Below, one piece after another: positions 40,040-51,504 of a stretch of 64,000 bases of DNA. Position 1 is the first letter of the stretch. Every line of letters begins with the position of its first letter. This DNA comes from a virus. Where the stretch lies: positions 1 through 64,000 of the IMG/VR virus record IMGVR_UViG_3300020125_000051; one strand, 5' to 3'. The notes under the pieces are model-generated. The model saw only the letters and a program-made list of their open reading frames with translations, was not told the origin of the DNA and did not search any database. The position numbers were made by a program, and so were the translations under genes.

Positions 40040-42037
40040 GTGACCTCAATCTCTAGTATTACCACCGCCACCAATAATGGTACATCAGCTACCATTTCGG
40101 TAACTACTAGTGAATCACCAGTTACCACTAAAGTCGGCGACTTAGTTATCGTCATACACAGCAATGACTTCTATACATTATCAGCCATGCCAACACCGAC
40201 GGCAACTGGATCTCCCACATTAACTAATATTGTCGACGCTGATGGTGGAACTAATCAGGCACATATTCGATCATGGCGTTATGTAGCTAATACTGCTGGT
40301 GCGCAAACAGTTTCTGTAACGGAAACTGGTGCGCATGATGAAGAAAAATTCATGGCTGTGTACGTGCTTTCGGGTGCAAATACCAGCAACCCGATTGATG
40401 GCACACCAGCTAGCAACTTCTCAACGACTCAACAAACCAATCAAGTCTGTAATGGTATTACAGTTACTAATTCTGATTCATTTTGTATACAATCATTGGC
40501 TGCTGGTACTGGTGTCGCTGCACCTAGCTATACTCCACCAGGTGGTACGACTAAACAATATGATCAAAATGTTGGTGGTGGTTCTCACGGTGGTGGAACC
40601 ATTCAACTGTCTGCTTCTGGTGCTACTGGTAACTTTACGTGGACTATTCCGCCATCTGGTACACCATATGCTTCAGTTACGTTTGCAATTGCTAATGGCA
40701 CAACACCAGCTGTATTGGGAATGCAATCTACTAATAGACACCCAGGACGTGGAACTGGTGTAGCAAGATTCATTCAAACCAGAGCATCATTCGAAACTGT
40801 TCAAACCGCAGTTGATCAAACTGTAACTGCTAATGGTATATCCGGTTCGGAAATACTAGGTAACACCTTAACAGCGCCCGCAATTCCAGCAAACGCAATA
40901 CCAGGGTCTGAAAGATTTGGCGCTGCGCTTACTGCGCCCAGCATTACCACAGGTATAACTACATCTGAAGGTCTTGGTTCACCAACTATAACACTTACCG
41001 TTACATCCAACTCAATTACTTCTAATGAAACTTTCGGTGCTGCTACTGTAGCTCAGGGTGTTTCTGACAATAGCATTACTAGCAATGAGGTTTTTGGGGC
41101 TGCCTCTGTTTCATTGACAGTTCCGGCAAATAGTATAACAAGCAGCGAACGTGTCGGTTCACCTGTGGTGTCTCTGACAGTAACCCCACAGGCAATAACA
41201 ACGAATGAGCAATTTGGTAGCGCCAGTGTCTCAATTGGAGTAAATCCACAAGGTATTACATCTAATGAGCGACTTGGTTCTCCAACAATAACACTTACGG
41301 TTACTGCTAATAGTATTTCAAGTTCTGAGATAGCTGGCAATCCGAATATCGCGGCCGCTAGCTCCGTTACGCCACAGGCAATTAACAGCGCTGAGCAGGT
41401 CGGTCAGCCGGCCGTAACGGCTACCTACACGATAAATGCTCATGGTATTCCGTCTAGTGAGTCAATTGGTAATTCAACTGTTACATTAACAGTCGCAGCT
41501 AATAACATATCAAGCAACGAACGTGTTGGTAATCCTGGTATCCAAGTTATCGTAGCAGCTAACGCAGGTAGTATTTCGTCTAGTGAAACGTTTGGTAATG
41601 CTACTGTATCTAGTACATATACTGTAACTGCAAATGGTATTACTAGCGAAAACAAAATTGGAAATGCGAGTGTAGCTGCGGCAGCCGTTATAACTGCTGG
41701 TTCAATTACTTCAAGTGAAACTTTCGGAAAACCTGCTGTAACAACTGGTGCTGTCACAGTACAAGTACAAAGTATTTCATCAAGTGAACAATTCGGTAGA
41801 TCCATTGTTTCACTAGGTTTACTTGCTTCAACCATTCAGGCACAAAGTATAACTAGTGAGAATAGATTTGGAACTCCATTTGTTGGACCAGAGGTAGATG
41901 ACGCTATTATCTGGCGTGCTGATAGAAACGTTGTTTATGTAGAAGATGCAGATGTAGATTCTACTGTGGCAATCGATGTTGTTGTTTATGAACGAGATGA
42001 CTTAATAGATGCAATTACTGGACCTGATGTAATTTAG
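40040..42037 (+). CDS. Repeat-containing tail fibre/spike-like protein
   Basis: N-terminal beta domain followed by many ~19-22 aa repeats (SIxSxExFGxxxV). Confidence 0.7.
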   Translation: MTSISSITTATNNGTSATISVTTSESPVTTKVGDLVIVIHSNDFYTLSAMPTPTATGSPTLTNIVDADGGTNQAHIRSWRYVANTAGAQTVSVTETGAHDEEKFMAVYVLSGANTSNPIDGTPASNFSTTQQTNQVCNGITVTNSDSFCIQSLAAGTGVAAPSYTPPGGTTKQYDQNVGGGSHGGGTIQLSASGATGNFTWTIPPSGTPYASVTFAIANGTTPAVLGMQSTNRHPGRGTGVARFIQTRASFETVQTAVDQTVTANGISGSEILGNTLTAPAIPANAIPGSERFGAALTAPSITTGITTSEGLGSPTITLTVTSNSITSNETFGAATVAQGVSDNSITSNEVFGAASVSLTVPANSITSSERVGSPVVSLTVTPQAITTNEQFGSASVSIGVNPQGITSNERLGSPTITLTVTANSISSSEIAGNPNIAAASSVTPQAINSAEQVGQPAVTATYTINAHGIPSSESIGNSTVTLTVAANNISSNERVGNPGIQVIVAANAGSISSSETFGNATVSSTYTVTANGITSENKIGNASVAAAAVITAGSITSSETFGKPAVTTGAVTVQVQSISSSEQFGRSIVSLGLLASTIQAQSITSENRFGTPFVGPEVDDAIIWRADRNVVYVEDADVDSTVAIDVVVYERDDLIDAITGPDVI

Positions 42038-42046
42038 CACAAACAC

Positions 42047-42085
42047 GAAAAGGGCGGTCTTCCTCTAATGGAAGCCGCCCTTTTC
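42047..42085. terminator. Bidirectional intrinsic terminator
   Basis: AAAAGGGCGG...CCGCCCTTTT between convergent operons. Confidence 0.85.
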
Positions 42086-42086
42086 T

Positions 42087-42527
42087 TTACAAAGATTTTA
42101 GTTTTTCTGTTGCTTCTTCCATCCATATCTTGTTCTTCATTCGATGTCGGAATAAAAGTCTCATCGCATCGTTTCCATGTGGATGACCAATATTATATAC
42201 ACCCATTACCTTGAGTTTTTTATCATCCCAGAAGCCTTTGCCATCACTTGGTGTTATCTTAATCACTTCTAAACAATTTAGTTGTGCATAAAGTTCAATC
42301 ACACCAATATACTCAACGCCGGTGAACACAACACCTTTCATGTTCTGGCGGAAGTGAAAAGCTTCGTAGATTATGGTTTTAGGTTGAAGTGCTGATAATA
42401 CATCATATAAAGTTTCATGCGGATGTGGATAAAGGTCTGCTCTTACTTCAAATGATCTATATTCATCACTTGTCTTGGTAGCGAATCCTGTGGTGGTTCC
42501 TGGGTCTAGCGCGCAAATGTCAGCCAT
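42087..42527 (-). CDS. RuvC-like Holliday junction resolvase
   Basis: ALDPGTTTGFA, IIYE, HGNDA. Confidence 0.75.
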   Translation of the reverse strand: MADICALDPGTTTGFATKTSDEYRSFEVRADLYPHPHETLYDVLSALQPKTIIYEAFHFRQNMKGVVFTGVEYIGVIELYAQLNCLEVIKITPSDGKGFWDDKKLKVMGVYNIGHPHGNDAMRLLFRHRMKNKIWMEEATEKLKSL

Positions 42528-42752
42528 TTAGGTTTAATCCACCTCGCATTTTCTTTTTAGCTAAACTAAGTTTTACACGCTCTAAAAAGTCATCAGCCTT
42601 AGCTTTGCAGTTGCCACATCCACATAAATCTTCTATTGGTATGTTGATATGACAGGTATGACAATGAGCTGAATCGGCTAAACAGCACTTACAATTTGTA
42701 CATAAGGCTGTTAGAACTTCATTGTTAAGCTTAGTTAGTGATGCTGCCATAA

Positions 42753-43097
42753 TTATTCCTTGGGATTGGTGGTTGCTGCACTAACTATATCCTTATCTGG
42801 TGCAGTCGTGATGGCTTCACCAGCAGCTACTATTTGAGGGTTATTAATTGGGTCAGGTACGTAGACTGCTACCCTCGCGTTTGGAGTAACAGCCGGTCGT
42901 GTCCAAACGGCTTGAATTACTGCAAGTATCGCGGCAATAAATCCAATTAACGAGTTTGGCACCTCAGGCGATAAAACTATGCCAATTGAAGATAGTAATA
43001 GTACTAACGCCATTATGGCACCACGCAATAATGCTGGGTCAAGATGAACTAACTTCCACCAAAAATTATCCTTAGGATTTTCCTGTGGATTCGTCAT
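42753..43097 (-). CDS. Holin-like two-TM protein
   Basis: DPALLRG, two TM helices, TRPAVTPN. Confidence 0.55.
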   Translation of the reverse strand: MTNPQENPKDNFWWKLVHLDPALLRGAIMALVLLLSSIGIVLSPEVPNSLIGFIAAILAVIQAVWTRPAVTPNARVAVYVPDPINNPQIVAAGEAITTAPDKDIVSAATTNPKE

Positions 43098-45077
43098 TAT
43101 TACTCCTGTCCACGGTATATGGTTGGTAAATCTCTTCTCTTAATCTGTGATGGTGGATCTAATTCATTTGCAATAGACCGTAGAGTGTCAGCAACTACTT
43201 TTGCACTTTCAGAAGTAAAGTCATAAATAGTTTGCATATAAGAGGTAGCTCTTGGTTCATCTGGCGTTTCATCTGGAGTAAGTCGTTGAACTATTACTTT
43301 ATACATCATGCCAAACCATCTATTCTTGTTTCATAGTAGATTACTGGCTTACCAAAATTACTTGGAAATGCAACTTTGGCATGTGGAAACATTGCTCTTG
43401 GTTCAATGGTAACTTCAAACTCTACTTCATGGGAAAGTCTTTTGAATCTTACTTTCTTAAATGGCATCCACCATCTACTAATATAAGTATATTTAAAGTG
43501 ATCCCACCAAGTACAATAATGTGTTGACGTTACAGTTTTAGTTCTTCTTATTGTTTGAGGTTCACCAGTTGCCGCAGTTAGCACATATGCTTTTAATGTT
43601 ATAACGAGTTGATCTAAAGATTGATCAAGCACAATCTTTGGATCTACACATACTTCTAGTTCTCTTCTGCTGACTAGTTTAGTAAACCCGACATTTTTCC
43701 ATTGAGCTAATTGTTCATGTGGCATTGTTGCTTCAGTTGGAGATTTATCCATTGTCATTGCCATCAAGCATCAATCTATCTGCCAACTTGCGATGAATTT
43801 CGATAATACCAATTATCTTGTACCAAGGCAAATCACCGTCTGTGAATAACACAGGATGGTTAGTCAGTACTACTCCGTCATCAGTTATACGCTGAGACAC
43901 TGACAATATTACATACTCTTGCAGCATTTCACCTGGATCTACAACTCCATATGCTTCAAGAGCATTTTGAATTGCAGCAGTAAGTGCTTCATCGGCTTTA
44001 ACTTGCGCATCAGTTCTGTTCATTAACATTTTTCCTAGTTCCATCCTCATTGAATAGTGAGCAATCACCTGGACAACACTGGTGATAGTCAGGCATACAC
44101 TCTGTGCATGACCATTGATTTTTTGCTTTATGTTTTGTATAGTGTAATTTCATTTGTACATTACAAAGTCGCCAGAAATGACCTTGCGTATTATTGCCAG
44201 TGTGATGACCACATCTAGCACATATTAGACAACGACAGGTATATCCACCATGACCGTCACTATAAACAGGTGGACGTTCTGCGTCACATCCTTCTACTCT
44301 TGGTACACCATGTTTATCTTTGATCAAATTGTTTGAACTCATCTAACAATTCCTTCGCAAAATCTTCTTCACCAAAGAATGCACGTTCAAGTGTATCAAG
44401 TGGCATTACACATTCATTTAATTCAAAATCCCATAGAGATCCTTCCTTAGTACAGAAGAGTCCAAATGGATGATACATCTTGATTAGTTCTGGTGATATA
44501 GAATTTTCATGTTGTTGACAGGCGAGTACACCTGGGTAAAAACCTTGACCATCTAATGTATTCAACATAAAATGTCTTGTTACTGGAGATTTGTTACATT
44601 CGTATTCTGATTCAAAATTTGGACTTGAATTATAACCACAACTATTTCCATTCCAACCTCGCATAGGACCTACTCGGTCATCCATGGTTCATCCCAATCA
44701 AGTACTGGAATATCTTTGTGAAATCCTTGCAGCGAATTAACTACCCAATCAAGTTTGTCTGTCGGACATGTAGCTATTAATTCCGGCTCACGCATATAAT
44801 TTTCGGTGTATATCTCGTTGCCTTTAACTCTGAAGCATTTCAATGGTGTCATAGCTACCATGGCAGTCCTCGCAAATCTGATTCATGTGCCCAATCTTGG
44901 GTATAGTTACATTTTTCAGTTGGACAAATCCAACCATCAACCGTAGCTTCTAGTACGTGGCTGCTATCATATCCACAGGTGTATGGATGCCTACGATAAT
45001 CCCGTTGGGATTCGTTTAAATTGTAGACTTGTTGCTCAGTCCACGGTGCTCGTGTCATCACCAAGGCCACTTTCCTA

Positions 45078-45770
45078 TTATATAAAATCTTGCATAGTGT
45101 TTGGAGCCACAGCAATTAGTTGTTTTAGTATTTGTTTCGCCAATTCTTGAATTTCACCATCAGCAGCAGGATGATTTCGTTTTTGAATCACTTCGCGCCA
45201 AGCTCGCATGTTTCCAGTGACAATTAATTTAGTTTCTGTAGCATTTGGTAATACCGATCTAGCAACTTGACGTGCGTATTTGCGTGAGACACCTTGTTGA
45301 CTTAACAATTCGACAATAGACGAATATTTGCGTTTAGCATCTTCCATTGTATTTCTTAGTACTGTATCAAGAATATCATAGGTAGTTGATGAATTTAAAT
45401 TTGGAGGAATAATATATTTTGCTGCTGATTCATCTACATAACGCTGAGATAATTGCGAATAAGAAAGATGTCTGTGTCTAATTAATTCATGAGTTAGTGA
45501 TCTTGATATTTCAGCAATATAGAATGAAGCTGAAGCGTGCTCTAGCACCGATGCATGGTTACTACTAATAATGTTGGCTAAATAATTTTTATTGAGTTTT
45601 GTCTTTTCATTAGGTCTATCCCATGATTGATAACATAGTCTGCCTGCAAATTCGGCCAATAAATCTGCATCAGTAATATCACTATCAATTGGAAATTCCT
45701 GCGGAATCCAACCAGCAATTGGAAGTACTGGTAAATTTACCATTGTATAGGCTACTAATGTTACAATCAT
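45078..45770 (-). CDS. thyX: Flavin-dependent thymidylate synthase
   Basis: HASVLEH, RHRHLSYSQLSQRY, ARSVLPNATET. Confidence 0.95.
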   Translation of the reverse strand: MIVTLVAYTMVNLPVLPIAGWIPQEFPIDSDITDADLLAEFAGRLCYQSWDRPNEKTKLNKNYLANIISSNHASVLEHASASFYIAEISRSLTHELIRHRHLSYSQLSQRYVDESAAKYIIPPNLNSSTTYDILDTVLRNTMEDAKRKYSSIVELLSQQGVSRKYARQVARSVLPNATETKLIVTGNMRAWREVIQKRNHPAADGEIQELAKQILKQLIAVAPNTMQDFI

Positions 45771-46095
45771 TACCAAGGCCACTTTCCTATTAACCAGCTA
45801 GGACGTTGTTCTTCATTGCTTGCTGCTCTAGGGTTATCTGGATTTAAACCCCATTCGTAACTCCAGTTGCAATCTTCATTTTCACAATATAGGTCACCAG
45901 CAGAACCACAGTTCATGCAAGATACCCAATGTCCATCGCCTCGCTGATAAGTGTGACAAGAGTTACCAACCCAAATTGGTGAAGTTCCACATTTTGGACA
46001 TGGTGCATCTATATATGGATCATATTTTCCTTCAACAAAAATCATTTGTGTTCGTTCTGGTTCTTGTTTTGTAGTCCTCTTTAAAAAATTCAACA

Positions 46096-48426
46096 TTACA
46101 GATCACTCCATCGCTTTCCAATCGAAACATCTACTGCGAATGGTACGTAATCAGTAAATGTAGTAGCTGCTTTAACCATTGATTCACGAGCGATCTCAAT
46201 TACTTCATCTGCATTTTCTTCTTTACATTCAAAGATCATCGCGTCGTGAATAGTTAATCTAGTAATTGCTCGACCACGAAGCTTTGGCTGTAAATCAATG
46301 AGTGAAGTCAGGCAGATATCACTTGCAATTGATTGTGGTAGAAAGCTCAATCCTTCATTGAGAACGTCATGTCTGTTTTGATCAGTGATCAGCCAGAACG
46401 AACGTTTACGTCCAAATGGCGTGAGAAGATCATCACCATTAAGAATTTGGTTTTTAACGGCTGTTTGCCACTGGATAACCTTAGAAATTAGCGTGTTAAA
46501 CTCACGCATTAGAATCTTGGTTTCCGTGAGAGAAATGCTAGAGCCTTGTTGTTGTAGCTCCTGGCAAATAGCTTCTACACCGCGACCATAAGCATTGCCA
46601 TAGAAGATGGACTTCATGCTTACGCGATTTTCTTTACTCCATTTACCTACACCGTAGATATCATTGCAAAGTTCATTGAAGATATCACGATCTGGGTCGC
46701 GGAAGATATTAGCTAAATACTCGTCTTGCGCCAAAGTCGTAATAACACGACCTTCTGCTTGTTTGTAGTCAAGCTGAATAAGCACATTCGCTTCATCTTC
46801 CACGGTGAATTGATGCTTGATCCGCTTATCCCTGACAATATTTTGCATGTTCGGGTTCTTAGAAGCAAGACGGCCTGACGTCGTACCATGGAGTGTGTAC
46901 GTGGTGAATACCTTATCACCGTATATTCTTTTTTGGAAGCCTTTGACATACGTACCATTAAGCTTCGTTCTACGGCGATGTAAGAGAAGTTGACTAATGA
47001 ATGTTCTAACGGTTCCTGAGATTGCATCTTTTTGAAGTAGTCTTTCTAGGAGATCCTTATTTGTAGAAGGTAGAATCATACCTTGTTCGGCAAACCATCT
47101 AGTGATTTGCAACGGTGAACGCGGGTTTAGTGCCCTACCTGTGGTGTTTGCTATCTCACCTTCGAATTCAAATAGTTCTTTTTCTAAGATTGCTTGCAGT
47201 TCTATACTGTATTTTTCATCAAATGACATTCCAGCACGTTCTAAGAACATCAACGCATTGGATGCCTTGATTAAGAAATCGTGTTCGAAACGTTCTCTTT
47301 CGGTGAACCGCTCACTAAACAAACGCCACAGATCGTAGGTGACCGTGACATCATAAGCGTTATATTTGTATAGAACACTCCTCGGGATGTCAGCATAGTT
47401 TCCACCTCTTGGAATATATTTGTGAATCTCCGACTCCCAGTCCGGAGTGCCCAACAACTCAATCCCAAGCTTTTTAAGTCCATGCTGTCCGGGTCGTTCG
47501 TCAAGACAATAAGACATGAGCATTGTGTCGGCATAGGCTTCTAACTCACCGAAGTGGGGGTACAATCCTGCCAGGTCAAATTTAGCATTGTGCGCAATAA
47601 TAGGACGGGATCGTAAATATCTTGCGAACAAAGGCGAAACTTTTGCATCCGTAAGTCCACGTCCAGAGAATACGACTGCTTTTCCGGGTCTATAGCAGAT
47701 ACCCACGCATAGCAAACCATATTGATCTGGGTGGACGTAAGTGTTGTCTTTTTCAATGCCACACTCAATATCGATAACGATAGGTCCCTCAACTGTTTCC
47801 AGTCTTTGGATTGCTTCTCTAGTCGCATCTGGAGAGTCAAACGAAACGAATTGAGGCTCACTCCAATTTGCATATGTTGTTCCTCGTAATTTGGCCGTAT
47901 CTGATACAAATGATGGGAATGCGTCTGGCGCACGCAAGCAATATGCTGGATGCCAAGTTGCAACTACAGACACACGTTCGTCTTCTATATATGGTTTTGG
48001 CGCACCGATACGCAAAGATGATATTTTCTTCTTTGGATTAATTAAAGCGCTGGCTGCGGTACCTCCGACCGCTAAAATCTTTTCTACGCCGCTGTGAGCT
48101 AGCTCGGCATCGAGCCTAGGCTTGCACGCGGCGACCGCAGCTTTCGGTGGATCATCGTTATTCTCTGGTCTACACAAACAAATGTTGGTAACCATGACAT
48201 CTTGTCGATGATACCCATTGTGTTGAAGTACTTGATCTAGTAATTTACCAGATGGACCAGTAAATGGAATACCTCGAACAGCCTCATATGCGCCCGGCGC
48301 TTCTCCTATGATGGCGAGCTTAGCTCTTGGCTGTGGGTTTTGGGTAGGCACGAATGGTGCGGTTTGAAAAGGACATTCCCAACATTTAGCATATGGCGCC
48401 TTGGAATGGCGCATCTCATCAGGCAT
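46096..48426 (-). CDS. Family A DNA polymerase with N-terminal family-4 UDG domain and 3'-5' exonuclease
   Basis: GEAPG/CRP/HPAY; DIE, HNAKFD, YNAYD; TTSGRLAS, DYKQAE, KSIFYGNAYG, TIHD. Confidence 0.93.
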   Translation of the reverse strand: MPDEMRHSKAPYAKCWECPFQTAPFVPTQNPQPRAKLAIIGEAPGAYEAVRGIPFTGPSGKLLDQVLQHNGYHRQDVMVTNICLCRPENNDDPPKAAVAACKPRLDAELAHSGVEKILAVGGTAASALINPKKKISSLRIGAPKPYIEDERVSVVATWHPAYCLRAPDAFPSFVSDTAKLRGTTYANWSEPQFVSFDSPDATREAIQRLETVEGPIVIDIECGIEKDNTYVHPDQYGLLCVGICYRPGKAVVFSGRGLTDAKVSPLFARYLRSRPIIAHNAKFDLAGLYPHFGELEAYADTMLMSYCLDERPGQHGLKKLGIELLGTPDWESEIHKYIPRGGNYADIPRSVLYKYNAYDVTVTYDLWRLFSERFTERERFEHDFLIKASNALMFLERAGMSFDEKYSIELQAILEKELFEFEGEIANTTGRALNPRSPLQITRWFAEQGMILPSTNKDLLERLLQKDAISGTVRTFISQLLLHRRRTKLNGTYVKGFQKRIYGDKVFTTYTLHGTTSGRLASKNPNMQNIVRDKRIKHQFTVEDEANVLIQLDYKQAEGRVITTLAQDEYLANIFRDPDRDIFNELCNDIYGVGKWSKENRVSMKSIFYGNAYGRGVEAICQELQQQGSSISLTETKILMREFNTLISKVIQWQTAVKNQILNGDDLLTPFGRKRSFWLITDQNRHDVLNEGLSFLPQSIASDICLTSLIDLQPKLRGRAITRLTIHDAMIFECKEENADEVIEIARESMVKAATTFTDYVPFAVDVSIGKRWSDL

Positions 48427-48729
48427 TAACTACCTACTGTTCTACTAAAATTTTCTCCGCTGTAGAACCAAAAATCAAATCATTAGATCCTAGTAACTCA
48501 ACATCAACCCATAATAATTCATGGCCATCGCAGTAGACATAGTTTAATTCATTAGAAAGATCTTTAACAACTTGAGGTAGATTTGCACCCTCTCTTACGT
48601 TATCTTTCAACCATGCATTAACCTTTTCTTTCAAGGTTACTGTGTTGAATGGAATAGTGTCTAATGGTCCATGAAATTTAACAGTTATTCGATGTGTTCC
48701 GTGGGTAACTCTTATTCCTATATAAGGCA

Positions 48730-50961
48730 TTATACATTTCCAATGTATCTCGGTTGTCCACCCATGTTGACAGCATAGGCAAGCCGACGCTGGACAATGG
48801 TAGTCATTAAAGACTCCATTCTCTTAGCATCCAACTTGAAGATTCTCATTATTTCAGATCTGGAAATTCCATTAGATCCAGCCTTGTTGATTATCTCCAG
48901 AATTGAATCAACCATACGTTCGTCTTGACTCTTGCCAACTCCATTAACGATCTCACTAGCGTATGTATACCAGTGACGACCATAGTAAATTGCATGTAGT
49001 ATGTCATCTAATTCAACTACTATATCTCCAGTCTCACCCTGACGCGACGCAGCTATTAACAATGCTGCTTTTAGTATTGATTTAGCTAGTCGGTCATACA
49101 TTGGTGTTAAATGACTTAATCCTGTTTCCATAGCAGCATTTGTAAGCGTTGTTTCTAATTCGTTGTATCTATCCCATGCCTGTGGGGTTAGCGTTGCATT
49201 AAATTCAGGTTTGATATTAGCAGATCTATTACCATCAGGCATTGCAACTAATCTAGGTGAATTAAAGTTCACATCTAATGTGAATAATTCTTCCTTGATC
49301 TTTTCTTTTTCTTCCATGTTGATTGCTACCGGCGGACCCACAGGACGTACTCTAGTGGGATCAGCCTTAGCGGTAATGAAGATAAATCTTGGTACGAAAC
49401 CGCTATTAATGTGTTCGTCATTAAGAATGGATACCATTTTGGTTTTGGTTGCACCAGCATAAATTATGAAGATTGGATTCTTAATGATGATCTCTTCTTT
49501 ACGAAGAAGACGCTTTAGATTATCTCCATCATATAGCTTAGTTAGATGTTCTGCCATGCCAGCCATATAATCTTTGTGAGCCATGGCATCTAGCAAACCA
49601 TTGAATTCATCACGGTGATAAATCGATGGCTTACCAGTACGATCCTTCATTGCTGAAAGAATACCTTCTGGTGAACCATCGGTACCCATGATGGCATCCG
49701 GATTAATTTCATAAAGTAGGTTTAAAGCCAACTTCATTGAAGTGGTTTTTCTGGTGAGCGTTGTGTCTGCAACGATCATGAACCACATGTTTGGGATTAC
49801 AGTTCCGAATGACGTAGGTAGGCGAACTGAGCCAGAAATGATAGCGCTCAATATGATGAACGCACCAGCTTGGTGATATTGTGGTGCTGAGTCTGTTAAG
49901 CTTGATGCCCAATCTATATATCTTTCGATGAAAGTTTTGCGAGCTTGTACTTTGCGTGTTTCTTCATCACTTATTAAGTCAGGTATTACTGCTGTGGGAG
50001 TTGGTACTAAATTGTGAAATTCAGCTTCTTTTACAAAGATTTTTTGAACTTCACTCCACATGTTACTTTGTGGTCGACCATCGCGCTTGTATTTATTACA
50101 CTTGGCATCCCACATGATAACGAATGTCTCTTCTTGAGACATTCCAGCTTCAGCACAAAGATTTCCTAGCTTCCATTGTGCTGCACTCCAGTCCTCATCG
50201 GTTTCTGGAACTAAGTCGAATAAGCCAAAGGCTTGTGGATTAAGGGTTCGACGATAGCGCTGGAGAATATCAATTGCTGACTCTTGTGGCAAGTCCTTAG
50301 GACTCGGCATAGAAGCTGTAGTGTGAGCAAGCGCTTTGTACATGGGATAAACGTCAAAATCTTTTGGTCTATATAGTGCAGTATTTGTTGCCTGCACAAT
50401 GACCATTGGAGCATTTTGAATATCACCATATTTGTAGTTTGGTGTATATGGGACTCTTAGTAGTTGTGTTAAATCCCAACCGCTACGGTCTGCTCCTTTA
50501 TTTGCATGGAAATAAGCAATTCTCATGCAAATTGATTCGGCTTCATGTGGGTCCATTGGTGACGCTAAACGCCACAGAGCCTGCCATCTTCCAGCACTTG
50601 TTTGCATTACAATGGAGGCCGGAACTTGCAAGAGATCAGGGCTACATTCGTCTAGGTCCGCCCATAACGATGTGCATTCAGAGACATCGTCCTTCTTGCG
50701 TCTTTGTACTTTTAGTAGTTGAGGACAAAAGTAGACGTGAGTTAGAGTATTAGCTTTTTCATTGATATCCTCACACATTTCGTGTAGTTGCTCAGGATAA
50801 TGAAAAAACTTCTCTTCGAAACTCCTATCTAAATGGCTTTTATACGCAATACAAACATAGCCAGATTCATCTCCAAATACTAATCTAAAGAAATCGCGCC
50901 GACGCTCTCGTGTAATTTCAACTGCGTCTCGGAAGGTGGAGTATGCTTGCATTTTTTGCAC
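48730..50961 (-). CDS. Primase (RepB-like) fused to DUF3987-type helicase
   Basis: LWADLD, TSAGRWQALW, LLRVPYTPNYK; C-terminal RKTT and DEF motifs. Confidence 0.8.
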   Translation of the reverse strand: MQKMQAYSTFRDAVEITRERRRDFFRLVFGDESGYVCIAYKSHLDRSFEEKFFHYPEQLHEMCEDINEKANTLTHVYFCPQLLKVQRRKKDDVSECTSLWADLDECSPDLLQVPASIVMQTSAGRWQALWRLASPMDPHEAESICMRIAYFHANKGADRSGWDLTQLLRVPYTPNYKYGDIQNAPMVIVQATNTALYRPKDFDVYPMYKALAHTTASMPSPKDLPQESAIDILQRYRRTLNPQAFGLFDLVPETDEDWSAAQWKLGNLCAEAGMSQEETFVIMWDAKCNKYKRDGRPQSNMWSEVQKIFVKEAEFHNLVPTPTAVIPDLISDEETRKVQARKTFIERYIDWASSLTDSAPQYHQAGAFIILSAIISGSVRLPTSFGTVIPNMWFMIVADTTLTRKTTSMKLALNLLYEINPDAIMGTDGSPEGILSAMKDRTGKPSIYHRDEFNGLLDAMAHKDYMAGMAEHLTKLYDGDNLKRLLRKEEIIIKNPIFIIYAGATKTKMVSILNDEHINSGFVPRFIFITAKADPTRVRPVGPPVAINMEEKEKIKEELFTLDVNFNSPRLVAMPDGNRSANIKPEFNATLTPQAWDRYNELETTLTNAAMETGLSHLTPMYDRLAKSILKAALLIAASRQGETGDIVVELDDILHAIYYGRHWYTYASEIVNGVGKSQDERMVDSILEIINKAGSNGISRSEIMRIFKLDAKRMESLMTTIVQRRLAYAVNMGGQPRYIGNV

Positions 50962-50971
50962 GCCTACCCCT

Positions 50972-51032
50972 TAGTATAAAACACAGCCACCAATAGCTCT
51001 AGGTTAGAGCTATTGATGACTGCGTTGAACTA
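50972..51032 (-). other. Long intergenic hairpin between SSB and primase genes
   Basis: CAGCCACCAATAGCTCT/AGAGCTATTGATGACTG; pairs fully with G-U on the minus strand. Confidence 0.6.
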
Positions 51033-51036
51033 ATTA

Positions 51037-51504
51037 TTATTTAGGAAGAAGAGTATTTCCGCTAGACTTACTCTTCACGTCGGCTGCCTTTTTGAAACCC
51101 TTAACCTCAAAACGCTCTGATAGTTCTGTACCATCATCCAATGTTCTTGCTGGCTGCTTGAATCCCTTAACTACAACTGATTCCCCTAGCAGCTTCTCAA
51201 GTGGTGGAACAGTAAAATCACCAGCGTTAGGATCATATCCAAGTGCCCGCATTAGCTGAGCAAGTGTGTAGAGAGAACCATCAAAAAGCATGATTGAGGA
51301 AAGAAGACTAGTACCAGCGTAGGCGCCTTCTTGAATGACTAGGGTTAGCTGCCAAAATGGCTTGCCAACATTGGGCTTACCCGGCTTAACGTACTTAATC
51401 TTACCATCCGTGATATTAACTAAATACTCACCAGATGGAGGAACTTCGCGTACCTTGGAAGTTGCTTCTTCATTAGTAAAATTAACTTTCAATGGCTGTG
51501 TCAT
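51037..51504 (-). CDS. DUF669-like ssDNA-binding protein
   Basis: VPPSGEYLVNI...EGAYAG; next to a Sak4-like ATPase. Confidence 0.7.
   Translation of the reverse strand: MTQPLKVNFTNEEATSKVREVPPSGEYLVNITDGKIKYVKPGKPNVGKPFWQLTLVIQEGAYAGTSLLSSIMLFDGSLYTLAQLMRALGYDPNAGDFTVPPLEKLLGESVVVKGFKQPARTLDDGTELSERFEVKGFKKAADVKSKSSGNTLLPK

Noticed and set aside
18202-41835. Minus-strand ORFs within the structural operon, and plus-strand ORFs within the leftward arms
   Set aside because: Antisense shadows of well-supported genes, with no RBS or motifs.
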